The notes beneath the pieces are model-generated. The model was not told where the DNA came from. It saw nothing but the letters and a program-made list of their open reading frames with translations, and did not search any database. A program made the translations under genes and the position numbers. Positions 11,505 to 24,619 of a stretch of 64,000 bases of DNA are shown here, in pieces (the first letter of the stretch is position 1; each line of letters starts with the position of its first letter). The stretch lies in assembly GCA_030390025.1 (NCBI GenBank), contig CM059432.1, positions 35,342,001 to 35,406,000 of the forward strand, given 5' to 3'. The DNA comes from Squalus acanthias (Eukaryota).

Positions 11505-11937
11505 AAACATAGAAACATAGAATCTAGGAGCAGGAGTAGGCCATTCGGCCCGTCGAGCCTGCTCCACCATTCAATACGATCATGGCTGATCATCCAAGTC
11601 CAGTACCCTGTCCCTGCTTTAATCCCACAGTACACATATCCCACCCTACCCCCGTAACCCCACGTATTTAATTCCCCCTAACATATCCCATCCTATCCCC
11701 ATAACCCCACATATTTAATCCCCCCCTAACACTAAGGGTCAATTTATCATAGCCAAATCAACCTAACCCGCACATTTTTTTGGACTGTGGGAGGAAACCG
11801 GAGCACCCGGAGGAAACCCACGCAGACACGGGGAGAATGTGCAAACTCCACACAGACAGTCACCCAAGGTCAGATTCGAACCCGGGTCCCTGGCGCTGTG
11901 AGGCACCAGTGCTAACCACTATGCCACCGTGTTGCCC
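11505..11937 (-). mobile_element. HE1-like V-SINE with CR1-derived tail
   Basis: Head ggtggcatagtggttagcact...ggttcgaatc; V-domain gtggagtttgcacattctccccgtgtctgcgtgggtttcctccgggtgctccggtttcctcccaca; CR1 3' tail. Confidence 0.85.
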
Positions 11938-12466
11938 AAACTAAAAAAAAAAAAATTTTAAACGGGCAGAAAGCAAATTTTCCTGCTCCAAGTCCCTATC
12001 CAGTCACTGCTGCTGGAAAGTGCGTGTCTTTGTGTGAATGTCAGGTGAGGAGAGGCTCATTGTGGTGATACTTACCTCCCCCACCCCCCAGCCCCACCAT
12101 GGGCAATCAGTCTGCCAATACTGAATATTTAGGCTCGCCCATGAAGGAGGAGGGGTAGGAATTCAGGCTAGTGGATGAAGTGCCGATCAAGCAGGCTGCT
12201 TTGCCCTGGAGAGTACCCAATACAGAAAAGCCTTATTTTCTTGCACAATTTTCAGGCGAATTGCTGACTAAGCCGCAGATTACTGATGGGAAGGGTCTCT
12301 GCAAAGTGCTAAATTAACGGCAGTTTGGTTCCGAGTGCCCAGGCTAACTAGGAACGCACACAGTTCTTCCATTTAGATTTAGGGGAGTCTTATTAAATTC
12401 CACTCAATGCAGAGATGATCATTTTCATTGTCGACTCCTACTATCCAGTGTATGCTCACTCCTTAC

Positions 12467-12578
12467 CTCTTGGCTCCAAAGGGCAGGAGCTTTGTCCCCT
12501 CTGGCTGAGATATGTGTGAAGCAGTGTACTCCCGCAGGGCAAGAGGCTTATTCTCAGAGTCAATCACAACCTCTCCAT
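12467..12578 (-). CDS. TBRG4: TBRG4 coding exon 8 (112 nt)
   Basis: gtgtag|(D)GEVVIDSENKPLALREYTASHISQPEGTKLLPFGAK-AG|gtaagg; phase 1/2. Confidence 0.93.
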
Positions 12579-12870
12579 CTACACACAAAGAAAAGAAACA
12601 TTAACCATCCACAAGCAGTAGCGTGCTAATCGCACTGCCGTGGACCAACGTGACACAGGCGCGTGCTGTTCACAACCCCCAAAGTCACGAGTTCCCTATC
12701 TCGGCCATGCCCACTACTTCAAGTACAGACAGGCTACCGAGAAGAAAAGGAAACAAGCATTAAATCAAAAAGATCTTTCAGGTACTCAGCACTGCAGATT
12801 AATGATTGCCTGCATTAACTATGCTCAGTCAGGGTATTTCAGAAAAAAATATTTAAATAGCATCTTACTA

Positions 12871-13222
12871 CAGGAAACTCTCTTTTAACCGGCACCCAAA
12901 TAACCGGAAATCTCTCTTAACCGGCAAAATTCTTGAGTAGGTAACCGGGGTTTTCCTTCATCTCTCCTTTAAAAAAAACCCCGAGGCGTTTGCCTTGTAT
13001 GGGAGCATGTAGATTGGGAGGGGAATGTGCAGCCCGGGTCGGCATCAGACACGACAGATGGTCAGCTGGCGGTCCCCGGGGAGACGGAGCTCCGAATGCA
13101 GGCGCATGTCAATGTGTACGGGGCTCTCGTACGTTGGGAGATATAACTCTCCGTTATCCGGACTTTTTGATTAACCGGCACCACGCCGGTCCCGTCGGTG
13201 CCGGTTAATAAAGAGTTTCCTG
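12871..13222 (+). mobile_element. Tc1/mariner (Tigger/pogo-like) MITE, copy 1
   Basis: TIR caggaaactct.t.ttaaccggcacc, TA duplicated on both sides. Confidence 0.88.
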
Positions 13223-14527
13223 TATGTTGAAATAGCTTAAAAGCATAATGACTGTTGTTCTGTAAACAAACACAGCAGCCATTCCGCAGTAGCAACGTTA
13301 CACAAACAGCAATGAATGAGCAGCTATTTTGATGTTGGTTGAGGGAGAATGTTGGCCAGTTTATTGGGAGAACTCCTTGCACTTCTTTGAATAGTGTAAT
13401 GAGATCTTTAATGTCACAGAATCAGACTTTAACAGCACGGAAGGCAACATTTCAATCCATTGAATTCTGAAAAAGCTCTCCACTTAGTCCCGTTCCCCAT
13501 ACACTTTTAATTCTCCCCCGCCCTCCAAATAATTATGAACTTCCCTTTTAAAACCTATAATGGATTGTGCTTTCATCATGTTTCTCGTCAGGCATCCCAT
13601 GTACTAGCAACCATCTTGTGCCAAACTTCTCCTGACCTCTCCCTTAATTCTTTTGATGCTAATCTTTAGTTTAAGCCCCTCTAGTTACATCCACCTGAAC
13701 TTGTCTTTGCTTTAATGTCTCAGTCAAAGGACGGCACCGTCGATAATGCAGAACTCCATCGGTACGGCACTGGGGTGTCAGCCTAGATTACATGCTAAAC
13801 TTTATGTGGGATTAGATTTGGATTGTCTAGCAAAGAGCTGGCAAAGACTCGATGGCCCAAATGGCCACCTTCTGTGCTGTAAACCTCTATGATATTGATG
13901 TGATCTGTGCTGTACCCAGTCAATACTCTGATTTCTGAGAGTGGGATTGAACACATGGGGTCATTAATCACCTTTACTTTCAGAACTATTCACTCATTAA
14001 CGATCCCCCTACAAAAAGCTACATGGGGAGTCACATTCTGCATAACAAGCAGCGATGAGATGAATGGCCGGTTAATCTGTTTTTGGTAAACTAGGTAAAG
14101 TCCCTGCTTGACAAGCACCCAGGATCACCAACCAACAGTGCCTGCTTTAATGTCTTTTCAAAAGGACAGCACCTGCAGCAACGCAACTTCCCTCAGTAGT
14201 GCACTCATGTGTATGCTTGGACAGTTTATCCTGTACATATGTGGGGTTTGGAAGGGGAAAGTCAGCCAGGCACTGCATCTCTGCACATTATCCAGTGCCT
14301 CCTGTTGAGCTTGTGCTTGTGGTAGCTGCTGGTTGAGGACAGGATCAGGTTCGATTGCAATGCCCTGCAAGACCAAATAGCTTGCTGACATGTGAAGAAT
14401 TGCCATTTGGGTGAAGCACAGGACAGCAACCGGCACCAGTGTAAGTGTAGCCCAAAAACAGTTCAAGAGAAGAACAGATGGGGTTAAAACTAGCGGGGGA
14501 AAAAGGTAACTAATTCTACCGACTCAC

Positions 14528-14776
14528 CGATCACCCAGCCGTACACAGTGTCGACTCCGCAGCGATATTTGGCCTGGTCTCCGAGGGCAGTTTGCAACGC
14601 CTCGCGCACGCCACTACCCAGCGGACTCAGCTTCTTCCTGGCTACTGAGGTCCAGGAATCCAGGCAGTGACTTGGCAAAAAGGGACCGCTATAGTCGGAG
14701 CACTCGAGTTGGGCTGCAGCGTTGATATGGACCAACTTCAGCTTGTAGTTCTCCCCTTTCTGTGGCTGGGTCCCTT
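14528..14776 (-). CDS. TBRG4: TBRG4 coding exon 7 (249 nt), FAST_2 region
   Basis: ttaccag|(E)GTQPQKGENYKLKLVHINAAAQLECSDYSGPFLP...VDTVYGWVI-G|gtgagt; phase 1/1. Confidence 0.93.
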
Positions 14777-15244
14777 CTGGTAACAGCAGAAACAAAGAAA
14801 GACATTAGCGAAGACCACTTCACCAATCCCGCCAAGGAACTGCTTCTCTACTTTGAGATCTGATTGCAACCGCAGCTGATTCACATCCGAAACCCGTCAC
14901 AAGGTGATGCACACAACAAATTACTTTTGTAGTGCAGTCACTGAGATTAGGTAGGTAAATACGGCAGCCTATTTTCAACCAGCAACATGCCACAGACAGC
15001 AATGATTTCATGTTTCTGGTGCTGTTGGTTGAGGGAAGAATGTTGGCCCAGACACCGAGAAAACTCTGCTCTTTGATGGAGGCTACTGATCTTTTACCAG
15101 ATGGGGCCTCGGTTTTTAACGTCTCATCGGAAGGTATCTATGGTAATGCAGCACTCCCTCTGTACTGCACTGGGCGTCAGCCTAGATTACGAGCTCAAAT
15201 TATTTTTAACTTGGGCCATCAAGACAGCTGGAAAAAATACTTTT

Positions 15245-15786
15245 ATTTGTTCTCAAGATATGGACAAAGCCAGTAAGGCTGCATTTAATTCCCATCACTA
15301 GTTCCCCTGGGAAGGTGGTAAGTGATTGTACGACTAAACGGCTTGTTAGGCCAATTCAACTGTGCAAAACAAAAGCACTTGCGTTCATTTGCCACTTTTC
15401 ACGTGCTTGGGATGCCCCAAAGTACTTCACAGCCGATGAATTACTTTTGAAGTGTAGTCATTGTTGTTTTGTAAACAAACGCGGCAGCTTATTTGTACAC
15501 AGCAAGTCCCCACAAACAGCAGTGACCAGTTAATCTGTTTTGGTAGTGTCCAAGTGGGACTGGAGTCACATGCAGGCCCAGACTGGGTAGTAGTGGCAAG
15601 TTCCCTTCCCTGAAAGACATTAGTGAATCAGTTGGGTTTTTATGACAATCTGGCAGTTTCCATGGTCATTTTTCTGGTGCCAGCCCACAAATTACCAGAT
15701 TTATTCAATTTCACAATTTCCTATGGTGGGTTGTGAACTCATGACCTCGGATTAGCTAACCAGTACCATAACCACACTATACCGTA
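15245..15786 (-). mobile_element. Family-A-derived SINE-like element interrupted by a DeuSINE fragment
   Basis: Body ggagtcaca...gacattagtgaa...ccacactataccgta shared with 1720-2013, 30217-30583 and 32402-32780. Confidence 0.65.
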
Positions 15787-15824
15787 ACAGTTTTAAACAA
15801 ACTCAGTCAAAATATATGGCATAC

Positions 15825-15969
15825 CTGTTAATTTTTTGAAGAACTGGGGCTCAAGTACTTGACTGAGGTAAAAAGGGTTAACCTGTTGTAATATAGAGAG
15901 AGACCAGACCAAATCAACTAGCAGGAACGGCTCCATCTCCACCAGGGCACTGCTTAGCTTTTCATGAAT
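15825..15969 (-). CDS. TBRG4: TBRG4 coding exon 6 (145 nt), not in the ORF track
   Basis: cctgtag|IHEKLSSALVEMEPFLLVDLVWSLSILQQVNPFYLSQVLEPQFFKKLT-G|gtatgc; phase 0/1. Confidence 0.93.
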
Positions 15970-16329
15970 CTACAGGGGAAAAAAAGATGTTTAAATAAAA
16001 AGGATACATTTACTGACAACACCCGCTGGTCATTCCAACTGTTTCTAATGTAAGGCCAAGGGCCCCAAGGTCTTGAGTTTTGGATGAGTTACTTTCTTCC
16101 TCTTCACCTTTTCCTCCACCCTCTCCCTGGTGCCAGCTGACCTCTGATACCTCACCCAAGTGGTCGTTCTCCACGAGCGAGTCCAGACAGGATGATGTTC
16201 GACCACGAGGGTGGTCATCACAGCCGCACCCTGGTCCTGCTCACATACAAACACACACTTCAGCAGGGCTTAGTGCACAGCAAGGAAGAGCCAATTTCTT
16301 CGTTCCAAAGCCAGGGAGAGGATGGGACA

Positions 16330-17100
16330 ATGTGGCCAAGTGTGAGGTCATCCACTTTGGGCCAAAGAAAGATAAATTGGAAGTATTTTCTAAATGATGA
16401 GAAACTAGGAACTGGAGAGAGCAAAGTCTAAGTACACAAATCATTTAAAGCTAGTGAACAGGTACAAAAAGTAATCAAAAAGGCTAATGGAATATTGACC
16501 TTTACCTTAAGAGGGCTGGAATACAAAGGGGAGGAAGTTATGTTTCAGTTATACAGAATCTTGCTCAGACCCCATCTGGAGTACTGCGTTCAGTTTTGGG
16601 CACCGCACCTCAGGAAGGATATATTGGCCTTAAAAGGAGTGCAACGCAGATTCACCAGAATGATACCGGGGCTTAAAGGTTTAAATTATGAGGACAGGTT
16701 GCATAAACTTGGCTTGTATTCCCTTGAGTTTAGATGTTTGAGGGGAGATCTGATTGAGATGTTTAAAATGTTAAAAGGATTCAATAGGGTAGATACAGAG
16801 AAACTATTTCCTCTGGTGGGGGAATCAAGAACCAGGGGACATAATCTTGAAATTTGCGCTAGACCATTTAGGACCAAAATCAGGAAGCAGCTTTTAACAC
16901 AAAGGGTAATAGAAATCTGGAATTCTCTCCCCCAAAAGGATGTGGAGCATTCAAGACTGAGATCAATACATTTTTGTTAGGTAAGGGTATCAAGGGATAT
17001 GAAGCTAAGGCAGATAAATAGAGTTGAGGTACGGATCAGTCATGATATAACTGAATGGTGCAGCAGGCTCAAAGGACTGAATACCCTGCTCTTGTTCCTA
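16330..17100 (+). mobile_element. CR1 3' fragment
   Basis: RPHLEYCVQFWAPHLRKD...RGDLIE...WNSLP. Confidence 0.9.
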
Positions 17101-17306
17101 GGAAACCAATTGTAGCATTTTGTGCTGACATTATGAGGGCAACTTTAACCAAACCTGCCCGTCGTGTACAACGCTGGTTTTACACCCGACCCTATTCTAC
17201 TCTCCATTAAAGTCACAACTTTCTGACTCAGGGAAAGTTGCTCCAACTGAGCCAAGGTTGACACAAATATCCCACATACTCCCCGACCAATCACCACCAT
17301 CTCTAC

Positions 17307-17417
17307 CTTAGTGTAGAAGGCTTCTCCTGCAGTTGGCTGATAATTGAGACGAGCGAAGGCCATGATAATGTTACAGAGCTGCACCTCAGTCATCTTGTCA
17401 CAGTGCTCAAATACATA
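17307..17417 (-). CDS. TBRG4: TBRG4 coding exon 5 (111 nt), FAST_1 region
   Basis: atacag|YVFEHCDKMTEVQLCNIIMAFARLNYQPTAGEAFYTK|gtagag; phase 0/0. Confidence 0.95.
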
Positions 17418-17672
17418 CTGTATGAGATAACACAACATGTTAATCCACCTGTATTGTTTGCCTTCTTCAAAACAGTTAAACACACAGAATCTCACTACTG
17501 TAACTAGAATCCGTCATTCTATATATATTTATAAACCATCTAAACCTATTAGCTTCCAGCCTGCAACTCACTCCAGGCCATCCATTATTCTATATATAAA
17601 CAATCCGAACCCCTCGATTCGATTCCAGCCTGTAACTCACTTCCAGGCATCCATTCTTCTATATGTAAACCA

Positions 17673-18317
17673 GAAACTTAATTGGACCAGCCACATAAAT
17701 ACTGTGGCAACAAGAGCAGGTCAGAGGCTAGGTATTCTGCGGCGAGTGTCTCACCTCCTGACTCCCCAAACCCTTTCCACCATCTACAAGGCACAAGTAA
17801 GGAGTGTGATGGAATACTCTCCACTTGCCTGGATGAGTGCAGCTCCAACAACACTCAAGAAGCTCGACACCATCCAGGACAAAGCAGCCGCTTGATTTGG
17901 CACCCCATCCACCACCTTAAACATCCACTCCCTCCACCACCGGCGTACCGTGGCTGCAGGGTGTACCATCTACAAGATGCACTGCAGCAACTCGCCAAGG
18001 CTTCTTCAGCAGCACCTCCCAAACCCGCGACCTCTTCCACCTAGAAGGACAAGGGCAGCAGGCATGGGAACACCACCACCTCCAAGTTCCCCTCCAAGTC
18101 ACACACCATCCTGACTTGGAAGTATATCGCCGATCCTTCATTGTCGCTGGGTCAAAATCCTGGAACTCCCTACCTAACAGCACTGTGGGAGTACCTTCAC
18201 CACACGGACTGCAGCGGTTCAAGAGGTGGCTCACCACCACTTTCTCAAGGGCAATTAGGGATGGACAATAAATGCTTGCCTTGCCAGCAACGCCCACATC
18301 CCATAAACGAATAAACA
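17673..18317 (+). mobile_element. LINE family A 3' fragment inserted in a 69-bp repeat array
   Basis: KLNWTSHINTVATRAGQRLG...YKAQVRSVMEYSPLAW; aaacca duplicated at 17667 and 18318. Confidence 0.88.
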
Positions 18318-18904
18318 AAACCATCTGAACCCCTTGATTAGATCCCAGCCTGTAACTCACTCTTGTGTACATTATATTCAATATAAACCATTCGAACCTC
18401 AGTTTGCTATATATAGCAGTATTTTTTAAAAGAGATAAAGGAGTTTTAGCAATAGTTACTAATGCACTTGGGTTACATCACATTCTGTGCCTTATCTGAC
18501 ATTAGTGAATTGCCTTGATTAAAACAGAGACACTTACTCTAAGAAATCACTCAGCAGATTTTTTAATTCCCCACCATACCTTAATCTGATTTGCGTAAAC
18601 TGCCCTTTTTAAAATATAAAGGTTCACTCTACACAAGCATTAGTTTAATTCTCCTCAGTCCCTGAATTAACTAGTGATGATGAATTTCATGTTCAAATTT
18701 CAGAGAGAGATGTTGTGTAAACCAGTAAAGCATCAAGATGGCCGTAAGAACAAGGAGAAAATTGACCAAGGATGAGCTTGTCCAATCAATGACCCTCCGT
18801 GTATGTGCATGCGCGGGCGGGCGCAGAAACCACTCCACAGGATGCACTTTCCCTTCCCAGTCTCCCTTGCTGATTGACAGGTACAGATGTGTGACAGAAT
18901 TTAC

Positions 18905-20690
18905 AAAAGCAAAATACTGCAGATGCAGGAAATCTGAAAACAGAAAATGTTGGAAAAACTCAGCAGGTCAGGCAGCATCTGTGGAGAGAGAAACAAGAGT
19001 TCCAGGTCGATGACCTTTCATCAGAACTGGAAAAAGTTAGAGATGTAACAGGTTTTAAGCATGTACAGTGACTGGGAAAGTGGGGGGTGGGGGGGTGGGG
19101 GGGTGGAGGGGAGGAAAGAACAAAAGGGAAGGTCTGTGATAGGATGAAAGCAGCAGAGATTAAATGACAAAAAGGTATGATGGTGCAAGGCAAAAGGGGA
19201 TGGTAATGGGACAAGTAAAGAAACAAAAGATGGGTCTAGAGGAGGTGTAAATGGCAATGGCAGAATCATTACCAACAGCTGCTGTCCAAAAAATGGGAGC
19301 AGAGGTTATGATCTGAAATTGTAGAACTCGATGTTGAGCCAGGAAGGCTGTAAAGTGCCTAATCGAAAGATGAGGAACTGTTCCTCAAGCTTCTGTTGAG
19401 CTTCATTAGAACAGTGTAGGAGGCCAAGGACAGAGAGGGAGTGGAGCGGAGAATTAAAGTGACAGGCGACCGGAAGCTCAGGGTCACGCTTGTGGACTGA
19501 ACGGAGGTGTTTCGCAAAGTGGCCACCCAAGTTTGCAGACGACACAAAGCTGGGTGGGCGTGTGTGTTGTGAGGAGGATGCAGAGAAACTCCAGTATGAT
19601 TTGGACAAGTTGGGTGATTGGGCAGATGCATGGCAGATGCAGTATAATGTGGATAAATGCGAGGTTATCCACTTTGGTGGCAAAAACAGGAAGGCAGATT
19701 ATTATCTGAACGGCAATAGATTGGGAAAAGGGGAAGTGCAACGAGGCCTGGGAGTCCTTGTGCACCAGTCGTTGAAGGTAAGCATGCAGGTGCAGCAGGC
19801 GGTAAGAAGGCAAATGGTATGTTGGCCTTCATAGCGAGAGGATTCGAGTACAGGAGCAAGGATGTCTTGCTGCAGTTATACAGGGCCTTGGTGAGACCAC
19901 ACCTTGAGTATTGTGTGCAGTTTTGGTCGCCTTATCTGAGGAAGGATGTTCTTGCCATGGAGGGAGTGCAGCGAAGATTCACCAGACTGATACCTGGGAT
20001 GGCAGGAATGACGTATGAAGAGAGATTGGGACGATTGGGCTTGTATTCGCTAGAGTTTAGAAGAATGAGAGGGGATCTCATTGAAACTTATAAAATTCTA
20101 ACAGGACTAGACAGACTAGATGCAGGAAGGATGTTCCCGATGGCAGGGGAGTCCAGAACCAGGGGTCACAGTCTAAGGATAAGGGGTAAGCCATTTAGGA
20201 CTGAGATGAGGAGGAATGTCTTCACCCAGAGAGTGGTGAACCTGTGGAATTCTCTACCACAGAAGGCAGTTGAGGCCAATTCATTAAATATATTCAAGAA
20301 GGAGATAGATATATTTCTTAAGGCTAAAGGGATCAAGGGATATGGGGAGAAAGCAGGGACAGGGTACTGAATTTGGATGATCAGCCATGATCTCATTAAA
20401 TGGCGGAGCAGGCTCGAGGGGCCGAATGGCCTACTCCTGCTCCTATCTTCTATGTTTCTATGTAATCTGCTTTTGGTCTCCCCAATGTAGAGAAGACTGC
20501 ATCGTGAGCAGTGAATACGGTATACTAAATTGAAAGGAGTACAAGTAAATCGCCGTTTCACCTGGAAGGAGTATTTGGGGCCCTGGATGGTGAGAAGAGA
20601 GGAGGTGAAAGCGCAGGTGTTGTATCTCCTGCGTTAGCATGGTAAGGTGCCGTAGGAAGGGGAGGGGCTGTTGGGAATGATTGAAGAGAG
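18905..20690 (-). mobile_element. Penelope-like element (GIY-YIG endonuclease plus terminal repeat) split by a CR1
   Basis: FTCTPFNLVYRIHCSRCSLLYIGETKSRL joins GGHFAKHLRSV...VACHFN...EQFLIFRLGTLQP..LN across the insertion. Confidence 0.88.
19531..20463 (+). mobile_element. Well-preserved 5'-truncated CR1
   Basis: KFADDTKLGG through the C-terminus with one frameshift; ttctatgt repeat tail. Confidence 0.93.
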
Positions 20691-22039
20691 ACGGAATTTA
20701 TTTTCCAGATTAAGTCCTATTAACTAAAGCAGTTTAAACAAAGCAGGACAGGAATTAGAGGCATCAGGTTTTCTAGGCAAATCAACACAGGATTATGAAG
20801 GGAGTTGTAATTTGGAGTGTCAGCTTATATTTTTCTTCCTCGGTTTAATTTCAGAAGGGCACGTGAATTTCTATTCCCGTCGAGTGATATCATTGCTGGG
20901 AGCCGAACTACTGCCCCATTCCCACAATTTTTATTTTGGCACCCAATGTCGGCATCAAGCACTCTCAGATCAAGTACAGCATGGGTTAGATGCAGTTAAG
21001 CTCCTTGCTCATGGTAAATCAGACAAAACACTTTTATAAGGAGAGGAGTGTTACACAAGGTAACGTACAACATATTAGTAGCTGCTAAAGATGGAGCTAT
21101 GCCCTGTTAAGGCCACAAAGTCAAACTGTTGTTAAGTAAACAGAGGATCAGGTCAATCAGAGTTTAATTGTTTGGAGAGCGACCTACATAGGTTGGAAGA
21201 TGATTGTCAGTTTCAAACTGCAGCTCAGAAGCACCTAGCATTAAATGACTTGTTCTTTTCCTTTTTTATGATTGTTTTGTTTCTGTCTGATGTGTGACAG
21301 CTAGAGTATACGAATAAAATGCTCGCTGAATGTAATGTATGGCTCTGATGGAGTCCTTTCTCTTCCACCATCTGAGCATTACCAATTATTTTCTGTAACA
21401 TCCAACTTCTACCTGGTTACCCATTTCTCCTGAAGGCGCCGTCATGCTGGGGTAATTCATCCCAAGCCACCATTCTTCACCCAAGATTACAGCGAAGGCT
21501 TACCCTGTACTCATCCATTGTCCATACACATGCACTTACCAGCAGGAATCAGCTCATTTCTGTTCTCATTGGGCTCCTGCGCAGTACACTACACAAATTC
21601 CGACCTCCGCCACCTGCATGAAATACCGCTTGCCTATCACCCCGGTCCTCTTTGACCTCCTCCTTTTTGGTCCTTGTTTACAAGCCCTTCCTGGGGCTCA
21701 TTCAACCTGACATCTGCAACACCCTCCAACCCGAGGTCCAGCTCCCACTCTTCCAGCTTTGGCCCACCATATATTCCTCCCCACTTCCTTTGCTCCACCT
21801 TCAATTGGTATAACCTTTAGCCCTGTCACTTCCCCCTGGAATTCTCGTCTCACTATATCTCTCTCACCTTCAAAGGCCTTCTCAATAGGCTACCTATTTA
21901 ACTTGTGCCTCCAATCACCTCACCATACTCCTCTACTACTACCCGAGCAGGAACTTGGGATTTTTTGCTACTTCAAAAGCTGCTGGATAAGTACAGATTA
22001 TTGTAGCCTCCCTACCCCAGGGTCACCGATGTTTTTTTA

Positions 22040-22940
22040 AATTCGTTCATGGGATGTGGGCGTTGCTGGCATGGCCAGCATTTATTGCCCATCCCTAGTT
22101 GCCCTTGAGAAGGTGGTGGTGAGCCGCCTTCTTGAAACCGCTGTAGTCCGTGTGGTGAAGGTACTCCCACAGTGCTGTTAGGGGGGGACTTTCAGGATTT
22201 TGACCTAGCGACGATGAAGGAACGGCAATATACTTCCAAGTCAGGATGGTGTGTGACTTGGAGGTGGTGGTGTTCCCATGCGCCTGCTGCCTTTGTCCTC
22301 TAGGTGGTAGCGGTTGCCGGTTTGGGAGGTGCTGCTGAAGAAGCCTTGGCGAGTTGCTGCAGTGCATCTTGTAGATGGTACACACTGCAGCCACGGTACG
22401 CCGGTGGTGGAGGGAGTGAATGTTTAAGGTGGTGGATAGGGTGCCAATCAAGCGGGCTGCTTTGTCCTGGATGGTGTCAAGCTTCTTGAGTGTTGTTGGA
22501 GCTGCACTCATCCAGGCAAGTGGAGAGTATTCCATCACACTCCTTACTTGTGCCTTGTAGATGTTGGAAAGGCTTTGGGGAGTCAGGAGGTGAGACACTC
22601 GCCACAGAATACCCAGCCTCTGACCTGCTCTTGTTGCCACAGTATTTATGTGGCTGGTCCAGTTAAGTTTCTGGTCAATGGTGACCCCCAGAATGTTGAT
22701 AGTGGGGGATTCGGTGATGGTAATGCCGTTGAATGTCAAGGGGCGGTGGTTAGACTCTCGCTTGTTGGAGATAGTCATTGCCTGGCACTTGTGTGGTGCG
22801 AATGTTACCTGCCACTTATCAGCCCAAGTCTGAATGTCGTCCAGGTTTTGTTGCATGCGGGCATGGACTGCTTCATTATCTGAGGAGTTGCGAATGGCAC
22901 TGAACACTGTGTAGTCATCAGCGAACATCCCCATTTTTGA
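22040..22940 (-). mobile_element. LINE family A 3' part (RT FADD to end)
   Basis: GMFADDYTVF...WADKWQVTFAPHKC...LGVTIDQKLNW. Confidence 0.9.
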
Positions 22941-23066
22941 CCTGGTGCACTGTAATGCCCCAACCGCTGCCCTAGATACGACCAACTAACATAACACAGC
23001 ATAGGGGGGTGGAACTTGGCTTTAAAGAGAAAGCTCCAATGTCTGTGTTAGTCTTTGCTACCTCAC

Positions 23067-23224
23067 CTGTGCCAGAGCCTCAAACAGAGGCAGATTGAGC
23101 CACTTCAGGTAAGCAAATGACTTTGTGCATCGCATGACGTCAATGGGGCTCAGCTCCGGTACCCTGGGGAGAAGCTCGGCTGCTAACCGCTGGAAAACCT
23201 GCGTCTGCTGGAAATTCAGCTTCC
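23067..23224 (-). CDS. TBRG4: TBRG4 coding exon 4 (158 nt)
   Basis: ccgcag|(G)[19 protein letters not shown]...[19 protein letters not shown]|gtgagg; phase 1/0. Confidence 0.95.
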
Positions 23225-24619
23225 CTGCGGGAACATCAAAAGGCAAATGAAAACTTTTCCGTAGCTCCTATGTTTTATTTAATGAAGGAATATTTTTGGG
23301 GAAAGCAGATAAAACATTTGTTTTTAAAAAACCTTCCAATATGATGATGTACTCCAGACCCCCACTTCAGGCAGTTCTTTTTTACTTCAGGGTTCTTCGT
23401 AGTTCTCAATGTTGCTGCATTGCTATGGGGTGCTGCCAATCATGGCCAAGACACTTCCTCATAGGGTGGGTGAAGAAACATGACAGAGTCAAACTATATA
23501 GCTTCCCAACACCATCAGCAGAGCCACTGTAGCAGCTCCCTCACGATTTCTGTATCCTCTTTACTGGGCTGCGAGTGCAGCCTGGCCCAGGTAGGCCTTA
23601 AAAGAACAAGCTAGGTGCAGAGAAAATATACAGTCACATTTCAGAGGTAAGAATGGAGGGGCAAGCAGGACTGTGGGCAGTCTGGCTGGAGCCAAAGCTC
23701 AAAAAAATTAAGGGGGTGATCTGAGCGAGGTATTTAAAATAATGAAGAGAATCGACAGGGTGGATAGGGAGTGTCCCTCCAGCAATCGAGTTAAGCTGGT
23801 TAAAAGAAAATCCAGTGAAAGGTCTTCACACAAAGGGGTTGGAGAATGTGGAATGCACTGCTCCAGAAGATCGTAGACAAGGTCAACTGATGTGGTGAAA
23901 ATAGAGATAGCTGTTTAATTGGGAAGTAAGGGTATTAAAGGATATGAAGAAAGGGCAGAGAATTGAGATTAAAAAGATAAAAGAATTGCCACGACTAACA
24001 AAATGGCAGAGCACACCTGGGAAGGTGAATAGTTAAGCTTGTTCCAATACGTCTCCCTTGTACCCCTCAGTTGCTTCCTGTCAAACGTCCATCTGGTTCC
24101 TTGTTGAATCTGATGACACCATCCACCTGGCCATATATTCACTACCCTCTGTGTATAATTAAATCTAAACTGGCTGCTCACCTTCCCTCTCGAGTCCACG
24201 TCTGCTCCTGTATACCCTATGATTATCAAACATCATTAGAGATCAGTTGATTTTTATCCCCGAGTACATCTAAAAAAAAATTATTTTAATTGGTGGTTTA
24301 CATGGAAGATAAGTGCGATAAAGTTACGTGGCACAGGCCATCTAATTCTAAATCAGCAGGACGAGCTCAGTTAGCAGCTGTGAGTACAACAACTTGCATT
24401 TATATAGCGCCTTTAACGTAGTAAACACACTACCCGACGAGATACTCAGCTCCATACATCAAGATGGTCACCGTTTCTTTTGCATTTGCTCATCCATCTC
24501 AGAACTGGGGTGCTTCAAATGGGCTGAGAATACCTCCAGTAAGTATGGAGGGGAGGGAGGAATTCAGCCAGGGTTCCTGCTCCTGATCATTATCTAGTGA
24601 CCCCGGGAAATAACTCCCA

